Source: Candidatus Thorarchaeota archaeon (GTDB lineage Archaea > Asgardarchaeota > Thorarchaeia > Thorarchaeales > Thorarchaeaceae). Taken from it: a DNA stretch of 64,000 bases. A program made the translations under genes and the position numbers. Positions 27,592-35,809 of the stretch are shown piece by piece; the stretch's first letter is position 1, and each line of letters opens with the position of its first letter. A model generated the notes under the pieces. That model was not told the DNA's origin. It did no database searches and was given only the letters and a program-made list of their open reading frames with translations. The DNA is taken from assembly GCA_048882485.1 (NCBI GenBank), contig JBHLRP010000003.1, forward strand, positions 1 through 64,000, written 5' to 3'.

Positions 27592-28245
27592 GTGTCTTGG
27601 TCGTATCGTAATCGTACTCATGCTGGTCTTGTCCTGACTGAAGAGCTGGCAAAGATAGACTATGGAAGCAATCCTCTTGTCTTGGCAATTCCAAATGGTG
27701 GAGTTGCAGTAGCCCTTCCAATAGTAGAGTCAATTGGTGCTGACCTGGATGTGATAATTGTGAGAAAACTGCAGATTCCACACAATCCAGAAGCGGGATT
27801 CGGTTCTTTGACATCGCTTGGCACTATGATTCTAAACGATGCTCTTGTAAACCGCATCGGACTGACTGAGGAAGAGATTAAGCGCGTTCGAAGTAGGACC
27901 GAGAAGCAGATCGAAGAAAGAAGAATGGCATATGCAGACTTGGCTGGTCTTTTTCATCCCCGTGAAAGAAATGTCATAATCGTTGATGACGGGCTTGCCT
28001 CCGGGTATACGATGCTCGCAGCCATTCAGTCAATACGTGAATCACAGCCTATTGGAATCACAGTCGCTGTCCCTACATCATCATCCAGTGCAGCCTCAAG
28101 GGTTAGCGCAGAAGTTGATCAGTTCATATGTCCTCGAGTAGAATCGGGATTTGTATTTGCAGTGGCAAATGCATATGAAAACTGGTACGACGCTCCAGAT
28201 GATGAAGTCATTGACGCCTTGGCGCGTGCACGAAAACAAGGTTAG
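27592..28245 (+). CDS. Phosphoribosyltransferase-family protein
   Basis: VLAIPNGGV, VRKL..P.NPE, PRPP motif VIIVDDGLASGYT. Confidence 0.9.
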   Translation: MSWSYRNRTHAGLVLTEELAKIDYGSNPLVLAIPNGGVAVALPIVESIGADLDVIIVRKLQIPHNPEAGFGSLTSLGTMILNDALVNRIGLTEEEIKRVRSRTEKQIEERRMAYADLAGLFHPRERNVIIVDDGLASGYTMLAAIQSIRESQPIGITVAVPTSSSSAASRVSAEVDQFICPRVESGFVFAVANAYENWYDAPDDEVIDALARARKQG

Positions 28246-28291
28246 TTTCGACCCTCCACACTAATATGATACCTTTCTGTTCAGAAAATCC

Positions 28292-29527
28292 ATGGCAATC
28301 AAAGTCATACCATTCTTTTCACCATTGACTCCCGAGAACCTTCGTGATGCGGTTCTCGATATGATGAAGATTGATGATGTTGAGGTTTTGATGCCTGAAG
28401 ACTATACCACAATGATGCAGATTGAACCCGAGGGTGTCAGAGGGCAGACATACCTACTAGTTGGGTCTGGCGGCTCAGAGAATCTCATAAATGACTTCGT
28501 CCATAAGACTTCGCTCAGGTCCATCTTCTTACTCAGCCACAATCTGAATAATTCCCTGCCTGCTGCGATGGAAACTCGTGCATCTTTGGCAGAACAAGGA
28601 CTCCGGTCGAGAATAGTTCATGATTCGCTGGCCAAACTGGCTGAACAGCTTCAGATGCGGGCACAGTATGCTGCCGTTATCGAGAAGATTGCAGCTAGCA
28701 AGCTAGGAATCATTGGTAAACCCTCACACTGGTTGATTGCCTCAAGAGTGGATGATGCTCTAGTGAAAGAGCGATGGGGGCTTGATTTTGAGCACATGCC
28801 CATCGAAACCTTGCTCGATAACCTAGATCCAGAATTGGATGAAGAATCTGAGAGTCAATTCAAAGAATTCTTGAGTAGCGCAGCCTGCACCGATATCTCT
28901 GAGGAGGAGGTCGAGAAAGCTGCACTAGTTGCACAGCGTGTGTCACAGATTGTGGAGTCCAAAAGATTGAATGCAGTTACCATAGAATGCTTTGATCTTC
29001 TGATGCAGACTAAGATCTCAGGGTGCTATGCAATGTCCACTCTCAATGAGCGAGATCTCCTGGTTGCTGGATGTGAAGGAGATATCCCCTCTACATTTAC
29101 CATGCTATTGGCAAAGCATCTGTCAGGAAAGCCTGTTCTAATGGCCAATGTCATTGATGTCGATCTGGAGGCAAACACCGCTACATTTGCACACTGCACA
29201 CTTCCAACTTCTCTTGCATCAGACTACAGAATAATGACCCACTATGAGACTGGAATGAGTCTGGGTTTGAGAGGAACAATCATTCCCCAGAAGATTACTG
29301 TTCTGAAGGTCTCTGGTGAAGAGCTGACGAACTATTGGGTTTCCAGCGGAGAGATAGTTGAAAATCTTGAGAACGAAACCGGATGCAGGACCCAGATACG
29401 TGTGAAGTTGGAGGAATCAGTGTCTTACTTCTTAGATGACTCATTGGCGAATCACCATATCATCATTCTCGGCGATTTCGCGGAAACTTTCAATGATTTC
29501 TTTTCTTTCGCAATCGATGGATGGTGA
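28292..29527 (+). CDS. L-fucose/L-arabinose isomerase-like protein
   Basis: TIECF, GCEGD, AHCT, THYE, GCRTQ, NHH motifs. Confidence 0.75.
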   Translation: MAIKVIPFFSPLTPENLRDAVLDMMKIDDVEVLMPEDYTTMMQIEPEGVRGQTYLLVGSGGSENLINDFVHKTSLRSIFLLSHNLNNSLPAAMETRASLAEQGLRSRIVHDSLAKLAEQLQMRAQYAAVIEKIAASKLGIIGKPSHWLIASRVDDALVKERWGLDFEHMPIETLLDNLDPELDEESESQFKEFLSSAACTDISEEEVEKAALVAQRVSQIVESKRLNAVTIECFDLLMQTKISGCYAMSTLNERDLLVAGCEGDIPSTFTMLLAKHLSGKPVLMANVIDVDLEANTATFAHCTLPTSLASDYRIMTHYETGMSLGLRGTIIPQKITVLKVSGEELTNYWVSSGEIVENLENETGCRTQIRVKLEESVSYFLDDSLANHHIIILGDFAETFNDFFSFAIDGW

Positions 29528-29616
29528 AATCTTTTCCCTACAAGGCTAGCGCGAAAACCGTAATAAGAAGGTCTGCGCATCAGAAAAACCTTGTACATTT
29601 CTTAGGGGAATGAACT

Positions 29617-30189
29617 TTGACAGAAATACCATTACCTCCTGGTGAATATGAAGCGCCGCCTGCTCCAAGGAAGGAGCGGGGATGCGGTACGACGGTCATA
29701 GTTGTTCTAGTCATCGCTATCATTGTCGTGGCTGGTGTTGTCATAGTGATGATGTCTGGACTGGGCAACGGAGGCACAAGTTACGATGAGAGAGCAATTG
29801 CAGATTACCAGAACCAAGACATCGATTTGACTCCAACCTACTACCGGGGAGGCTTTTCCGTTTCCAGCAGTGAGGTACAAACAAGCATTGTGCCTGATCT
29901 GTTTTTTGAAATCGAAGTGAAAGATACTGGAACTGACGGCGTATCCGTATCTGCTCATATCGCAGTATATGAAACATCAGTAAGTATTGTTGATGGCGCA
30001 TCCACCTGGGGAGACCTAGACACGTACTTGGTGGGCGAAGGAACCTATCCAAGTCCATTCTCCCAACGGGTTGATCTCTACAATTATGCATCATCTTACA
30101 CCTGGGTCATTTGGTTTGAGGCATCTGCAAAAACCGATGTCTGGGATGTCGATATCACACTGACCCTTAGATACAACTGGGTGACTTAG
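29617..30189 (+). CDS. Single-pass membrane protein with Pro-rich N-terminus and beta-rich ectodomain
   Basis: PLPPGEYEAPPAP, basic patch, 22-aa TM; AGGGG before TTG; terminator follows. Confidence 0.75.
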   Translation: MTEIPLPPGEYEAPPAPRKERGCGTTVIVVLVIAIIVVAGVVIVMMSGLGNGGTSYDERAIADYQNQDIDLTPTYYRGGFSVSSSEVQTSIVPDLFFEIEVKDTGTDGVSVSAHIAVYETSVSIVDGASTWGDLDTYLVGEGTYPSPFSQRVDLYNYASSYTWVIWFEASAKTDVWDVDITLTLRYNWVT

Positions 30190-30219
30190 GGGATTTGAGA
30201 TTCCCCTTCACTCCTTTTT
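30188..30219 (+). terminator. Hairpin followed by a T tract
   Basis: aggggat-ttgag-attcccct...ccttttt. Confidence 0.55.
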
Positions 30220-30365
30220 ACTAAAGAGAGGCATCAGGATTTCTCGTAATCCTTCCTTCAGAAGCTATTTTACCCAAAGATGGAAATCCATTGGCTTAAG
30301 TGATTGATTCTATTTGGTAGCGTGTCCCCTTCAGGGATAAAGGAGCATCAGGAAGTAGCCTGAGC

Positions 30366-30974
30366 CTATCTCTGGATCAGATGAGCAAGGACATGTTCTT
30401 CGATAATATCTGGAGGGATTGAACTGGTGTATAGAATGACATCAGAGTCTACACTGAATTCAGAGAGCTTTGGACATCTAAGAAGGGAAGTGACATCCAA
30501 TTCTGAAAATCCATTGAACTCGAGTGCTAGGAAACGCAGATTTGAACATGTCTGAAGGTGGCTGAGATCTAGTGAAGCTAATCTGTTGTGTGCAAGTGAT
30601 AGCCAGCTTAGACTCGTACATGAACGTAGGGGTTCAAGGTCAATTATCTCTAGGTTGTTTTCAAAGAGCCATAGATCCCTTAATCTTGTAGCTCCAGCCA
30701 GCGGGCTGAGATCAATTGACCGCATTATATTGCCATATAGAACGACTGACTCCAAGCTCTTCGATGACTCCAACGGGCTGAGGTCAATATGTTCGATGTT
30801 ATTTCCGCTCAGATCTACGCTTCTAACATCTTCAAATGATCTTAGTGGTTCAAGGTCAATTGACTTGATGTCATGGTCTGATGCAATGACGTCGAGTGCA
30901 TTCTCTTCCCGCTTTAAGGGGAGATACTGTTGCCAACCTGCACTTGTGGTGAACACTAGCTCGACTTCATCCAT
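30366..30974 (-). CDS. Leucine-rich repeat protein
   Basis: Repeated LxxLxLxxNxLxxIDLxPL units; likely start ATG 30974 after GGAG (ORF track starts at 31064). Confidence 0.9.
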   Translation of the reverse strand: MDEVELVFTTSAGWQQYLPLKREENALDVIASDHDIKSIDLEPLRSFEDVRSVDLSGNNIEHIDLSPLESSKSLESVVLYGNIMRSIDLSPLAGATRLRDLWLFENNLEIIDLEPLRSCTSLSWLSLAHNRLASLDLSHLQTCSNLRFLALEFNGFSELDVTSLLRCPKLSEFSVDSDVILYTSSIPPDIIEEHVLAHLIQR

Positions 30975-31065
30975 CCGATTCTCTCCCGAATAAGACAGTA
31001 AGGTTTCGAGAACCATAGGAGCAATTAGAGTTTCGGAAGCACCAAAACTGAGATGAATAATCATC

Positions 31066-31854
31066 CTACTTAAACAGAGATTGGATATACTGACTGAGAC
31101 CTACACCCATTTCTACTGGAGTCGATGCATCCACTTCATCCTTTGAGATGTCAATCTCCAAGTCAAGTTCATAGAGCTTCCTCTGGATTGCATCACACCC
31201 CTCCGCATCCGTTACAAGGCCTAGACCTAAAGCATGCACCAGCTCAAAGCCCCATGCAGTCATGATAATCGGTGTCAGGTCTATGACTCCATCCCTTTCG
31301 ACTAATGTAACCCCTTGGATCTCTTTCTTTCGCAACTCGAGAACTCTCGGCACATGTACTGCCAGTTCCGGGATTTCCTTCATTTCATTAATGTTAAAGA
31401 AATGAGTTGGACCACCTTGCATAACTTGGTTTTTCAGCAATCTAAGGAGGTCAGCCCGGATATAGGTTCTGAGATTTGCATAATCGGATTCATCCAAGGC
31501 CGCGCGAAGGGCAGGCACAATGCTTGAATTGAGCCCGCGATAGCATGGCAGATAGACACGAAGGTCAAGTAAACAATTGATCTGTGCTCTATGCCTCCAC
31601 AAGGAGTCAGGTGAATCCTTCAGCCTCTCGACTGCTGCAACAGTCATTGCGAGTAAATTCTTAGTTTCCCAATTGATTGGGTATTCGCTCAGCTCTCTTA
31701 CAATCACGCGGTCTCCAATTCCGACAGCAAGGAAGTGCCTCTCGCTCTCTGGAAAGATGATGCTGTCTCCGTATGGAAGGCTTCTCAGGGAGCTGTCGCT
31801 ATCCAAGGCATTGATTCTTTCCTCATGCTTTCTCGAAAGTTCATTCTCAATCAT
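31066..31854 (-). CDS. Hypothetical protein (resembles the non-repeat C-terminal domain of Asgard LRR proteins)
   Basis: GAGG SD; LELRKKE, IDLTPIIMTAWGFELVHALGLGL; family link is recollection, not a search. Confidence 0.65.
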   Translation of the reverse strand: MIENELSRKHEERINALDSDSSLRSLPYGDSIIFPESERHFLAVGIGDRVIVRELSEYPINWETKNLLAMTVAAVERLKDSPDSLWRHRAQINCLLDLRVYLPCYRGLNSSIVPALRAALDESDYANLRTYIRADLLRLLKNQVMQGGPTHFFNINEMKEIPELAVHVPRVLELRKKEIQGVTLVERDGVIDLTPIIMTAWGFELVHALGLGLVTDAEGCDAIQRKLYELDLEIDISKDEVDASTPVEMGVGLSQYIQSLFK

Positions 31855-31935
31855 AGCAGCATGTTCCTCTTAGACCACTGTGAGAATTGATTGTCTGAAA
31901 TCTTACAGATTTCACTCATTTGACATTGGTGGTCA

Positions 31936-32424
31936 CTACATCGCTTGCTTAGGCGGATTAATTGGAGAGAATAAAGCTGGCATATCGTCATCATCTTTTG
32001 CTGGACTGCTACGCAATTGCTCGTTTTCTAAAACGGTGGATGTTTCCATCCACATTCTCAGCTTATCCACATGGCCTCTAAGTTGGATGATGCTGTCCAT
32101 CTGTCCTAACGACATTGAGACAAGACCTATGCGCCTCCCCTTCTCATGCGCCTTAAAGAAGCTCGCCTGGAACCCTTTGGCCTTGAATTGTTGAGCACGC
32201 TTTCCCAGAGTCATGACTAGGTCTAGGTCCTCCTCCGATTCGAGGTTCAAGTAGTATGCGGGACGAAGTGGATGTGAAGTATCAGTAAACTTGACGATAT
32301 GCGCGCCATGCTTGAAGCGTTGATTCACGCATGCACTACATCTGTACTTGCCTTCCTCAGAGAAGGAATCGTATACGAGCTGAACATTGTCTGTTGAGCC
32401 GCATCTACTGCATCTCAAGACCAT
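31936..32424 (-). CDS. Zinc-finger hypothetical protein
   Basis: CSRCG...CSAC; AAGGAG SD before ATG 32424. Confidence 0.7.
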   Translation of the reverse strand: MVLRCSRCGSTDNVQLVYDSFSEEGKYRCSACVNQRFKHGAHIVKFTDTSHPLRPAYYLNLESEEDLDLVMTLGKRAQQFKAKGFQASFFKAHEKGRRIGLVSMSLGQMDSIIQLRGHVDKLRMWMETSTVLENEQLRSSPAKDDDDMPALFSPINPPKQAM

Positions 32425-32607
32425 TGCTTTGTCTCCTTCGCATTTTCTCTTCTGCAACTTAGCGAGATTAATGCGAAAACACTGAACTTGAGAAGCTGTG
32501 TTTCCTGAGTGATACAAGCTCTATTGGGAAAAGGGAGGTCTTTCACGACTCTTATTGGTTTCAATCCGCTGGGATCCTCTATGGCGCTGAAACAAAGCTT
32601 AATATGA

Positions 32608-32640
32608 TGCAAAGTACTTTGCAATGCAAAGAACTTTATA
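32608..32640 (+). promoter_or_regulatory. Palindromic operator overlapping the promoter of the membrane protein/wHTH operon
   Basis: Perfect 16-bp tgcaaagtactttgca (32608-23) followed by a second copy tgcaaagaacttta. Confidence 0.65.
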
Positions 32641-32647
32641 TTAATGG

Positions 32648-33289
32648 ATGAACACAATGAACGAAGAAATCGATCTAGTGAAACTGGAGCAAGCAACATT
32701 CAGAACAGCGAATCAAGACGGGCTTACTGAGATATGGATGGGCTTGATGATAATGGCAATTGCTCTCGTACTAATACAGACAAGTTTCGTCGGTACTGTG
32801 GCGATTCTCATTATATTCCAGGCGGCATTCAATGAAAAAGTGAAGGAGCGGTTTACCTACCCTCGAATTGGGAAAGTGAAGCTTCGTGGAGAAAGTGAGA
32901 TTCCTTCAGGATATGGATGGATCGTGGTTCTGGTCACCATGATTCCAGCACTGTCCGCTGTCATGTTTTCGGTGAGGATTGAGAATGATTTGCTCTATCT
33001 CATCGCAAGATGGGCTCCACTTATAGTTGGGATTGGACTGATTCAGCCAACAGCATACCTAGTAGAGCGTTCGGGTCTCAATAGATACTATGCTGTTGGA
33101 GCTATTGTCGCGATCTTAGGTGCAGGCTTCACCATCCTAGAGTTTGCTTCACCAGTGGACAGAATGATAAGCTACATGGCTCTGGTGGGTGGACTCTTCA
33201 TCCTAGCTGGTCTTGTGAGTCTCACACTGTTTGTGAAGAAGCATCCAATCCTCGATTTGGAGGAGATGGGTAATGGGCAAGACCAATGA
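32648..33289 (+). CDS. Six-TM membrane protein
   Basis: DGLTEI, KERFTYPRIG, hydrophobic helices; overlaps the downstream regulator. Confidence 0.8.
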   Translation: MNTMNEEIDLVKLEQATFRTANQDGLTEIWMGLMIMAIALVLIQTSFVGTVAILIIFQAAFNEKVKERFTYPRIGKVKLRGESEIPSGYGWIVVLVTMIPALSAVMFSVRIENDLLYLIARWAPLIVGIGLIQPTAYLVERSGLNRYYAVGAIVAILGAGFTILEFASPVDRMISYMALVGGLFILAGLVSLTLFVKKHPILDLEEMGNGQDQ

Positions 33290-33590
33290 TCCCGAAAAGG
33301 CGCATGAGATCGACAAGGTCATTCATGAGCCTGCGCGGCTCAGAATAATGGCTCAGCTATATGTCGTGGAGTCTGCTGACTTCACGTTTCTCTTAAATCA
33401 ACTTGGATTCACCTGGGGAAACCTCTCTTCTCACCTAGCAAGGCTTGAGAAGGAAGGCTATATTCTGGTGGAAAAGGAGTTCGTTGATAGGAAGCCTCGG
33501 ACAACTTTGAGCCTGACAGAGGCGGGCAGAAAGGCCTTTAGAAAATACAGAACGACAATGAAGTCGGTAATAGAAGAGCTCCCAGATTAA
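33273..33590 (+). CDS. Winged-helix transcriptional regulator (HTH_34/ArsR-MarR-like)
   Basis: IHEPARLRIM, GNLSSHLARLE..GYI..EK.F..RKP.T...LT..GR.AF..Y. Confidence 0.92.
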   Translation: MGKTNDPEKAHEIDKVIHEPARLRIMAQLYVVESADFTFLLNQLGFTWGNLSSHLARLEKEGYILVEKEFVDRKPRTTLSLTEAGRKAFRKYRTTMKSVIEELPD

Positions 33591-33823
33591 ACTCGGAGTT
33601 TCCGAGTGTCAGTAATATATCGACCTTCATTGGTTTCAGATGCTGCTTCACCTGATACTTTCGACCATCTCCCTCAGACGTTGATGTTTCATCGACCGAA
33701 CTCATCCGAACGGCAAACTCCTAGTAGAAGTGTGATTCGTTCGGTTGTTGTCGAGGCATAGCACAAATCCAAAGAGTTACTTGTAGTCAGGTGTGAGCGA
33801 CACTGACATAGAGGTCCGAGTAG

Positions 33824-35809
33824 ATGGCAGAGTTCAAACTTGAGGCCCCCTTTGAGCCAACTGGCGACCAGCCGCAGGCGATTGACAAACTAGTGGAGGG
33901 TCTCGAAAATGGATTGCAGCATCAAACTCTACTAGGCGTCACGGGAAGCGGTAAGACGTTCACTATGGCAAATGTGATCGAGAAGTACAACAAGCCAACT
34001 CTAGTCATCTCTCACAACAAGACTCTCGCAGCACAGCTGGCCTCAGAATATCGTCAGTTCTTCCCAGATGCAGCCGTGGAGTATTTTGTTTCTTACTACG
34101 ATTACTATCAGCCCGAAGCTTATGTTCCGTCTAAGGATATGTATATCGAAAAAGAATCCGATATCAATGAAGAGATCGAACGCCTCAGGCATTCAGCGAC
34201 GCACTCGTTGAGGTCTCGAGAGGATGTCATTGTGGTCGCTTCGGTGTCTTGCATTTATGGAGTTGGTAATCCGTCTGAGTACGACTACTTCCGAATGATG
34301 GTGGAGGTTGGAAAAGAGATAGACAGACGAAGTCTACTCGCGAAGCTTGTAGCTATGCAATATGACCGGAATGACATGGAGGTAAAGCCAGGAACATTTC
34401 GTGTGAGGGGCGATGTGATTGACGTCTGTCCAGCAGCCTCAAGAAACCTCATCAGGATTGAACTCGATGGAGATGAAGTTGAAAGAATCTCTGTACTCGA
34501 GGCTCTTACCTCAAGGCACCTGGAGCGTTTGAAGTGGATCGAGCTGTTTCCCGCCAGACATCATATTGCACGGTATGAAAGAATCACAGACTCATTAGAT
34601 GCTATCGAGCAGGAGATGAGAGACCGAGTTGAGTGGTTCAGACAGCAAGGGAAGCTTGTTGAGGCTGATCGACTCAAGAGACGCACCCTCTATGATATGG
34701 AGATGATGAGGGAGACCGGCAAAACTCAAGGGATTGAGAACTATTCACGGTATATAGATGGGAGAAAGAAGGGTGAGAAGCCGTATGCATTGCTGGATTA
34801 CTTCCCTGAGGACTTCCTGATGATTATCGATGAGTCCCATATGACCATCCCACAGATCCGGGGCATGTACCACGGAGACCTCTCAAGAAAACAGAACTTG
34901 GTTGATTATGGATTCAGACTACCATCCGCCTTTGATAACCGACCACTGAAGTTCCCCGAGTTCGAGAAGTACATGAAGCATGTTGTATACACCAGTGCCA
35001 CTCCTGGCTCCCACGAAAGGAAAATGAGTGAACAGATAGTCGAGCAGCTCCTCAGACCCACAGGTCTCCTCGATCCAGACATCACAGTTCGTCCAGTCGT
35101 AGGACAGGTTGACCATCTGTTAGGGGAGATAAAGCAGACTACTGCAGACCGTGACAGAGTCCTAGTGACCACTCTCACAAAGAAGACTGCTGAGATGTTG
35201 GCAGAGTATCTTGTAGAGGCTGGGATCAAGGCGAGATATCTTCACTCAGACATTGGCACTGTCGAGAGGATTGAGATTATTCGGCAGCTCAGACAAGGAA
35301 AGTTCGATGTCCTTGTTGGTATCAATCTGCTCCGTGAGGGACTCGACCTTCCAGAAGTGGGTCTAGTAGCGGTTCTTGATGCAGACAAGGAAGGATTCTT
35401 GCGTACTGACTGGGCACTTATTCAAACAATGGGTAGAGCCTCTCGCAATGTTCGGGGTCGAGTCATTCTATATGGAGATCATGTGTCTAATGCCATGCAG
35501 AGCGCGATAGATGAAACAAATCGCAGACGCAGCTATCAGATTAAGTTCAATGAGGAACACAACATTGAGCCTCGTACCATTGTGAAAGACATTCGTGACA
35601 TTGCTGAGGGTATTGTCAGACTGGAGAAGACTGTACAGACAGAGATTGGTGACTTCGATCCATTGGAGATTGAAGACATGATGGACTACATCATCGATCT
35701 GGAGGAACAGATGAAGGAGGCTGCTAGGAACCTCGAGTTCGAAAGAGCGGCTAAACTGCGAGATCAGATACTGGATTTGAGAAAGAAGGTTGAGGGCAAC
35801 GGAACGTGA
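33824..35809 (+). CDS. uvrB: Excinuclease ABC subunit B
   Basis: GVTGSGKT, HNKTLAAQL, beta-hairpin YFVSYYDYYQPEAY, DESH, GINLLREGLDLPEV, C-terminal UVR domain. Confidence 0.98.
   Translation: MAEFKLEAPFEPTGDQPQAIDKLVEGLENGLQHQTLLGVTGSGKTFTMANVIEKYNKPTLVISHNKTLAAQLASEYRQFFPDAAVEYFVSYYDYYQPEAYVPSKDMYIEKESDINEEIERLRHSATHSLRSREDVIVVASVSCIYGVGNPSEYDYFRMMVEVGKEIDRRSLLAKLVAMQYDRNDMEVKPGTFRVRGDVIDVCPAASRNLIRIELDGDEVERISVLEALTSRHLERLKWIELFPARHHIARYERITDSLDAIEQEMRDRVEWFRQQGKLVEADRLKRRTLYDMEMMRETGKTQGIENYSRYIDGRKKGEKPYALLDYFPEDFLMIIDESHMTIPQIRGMYHGDLSRKQNLVDYGFRLPSAFDNRPLKFPEFEKYMKHVVYTSATPGSHERKMSEQIVEQLLRPTGLLDPDITVRPVVGQVDHLLGEIKQTTADRDRVLVTTLTKKTAEMLAEYLVEAGIKARYLHSDIGTVERIEIIRQLRQGKFDVLVGINLLREGLDLPEVGLVAVLDADKEGFLRTDWALIQTMGRASRNVRGRVILYGDHVSNAMQSAIDETNRRRSYQIKFNEEHNIEPRTIVKDIRDIAEGIVRLEKTVQTEIGDFDPLEIEDMMDYIIDLEEQMKEAARNLEFERAAKLRDQILDLRKKVEGNGT

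Noticed and set aside
33696-33744. CGAAC/GTTCG words upstream of uvrB resembling LexA boxes
   Set aside because: Spacing fits neither GAAC-N4-GTTC nor GAAC-N7-GAAC (here N6 and a distant inverted copy); no lexA in the window
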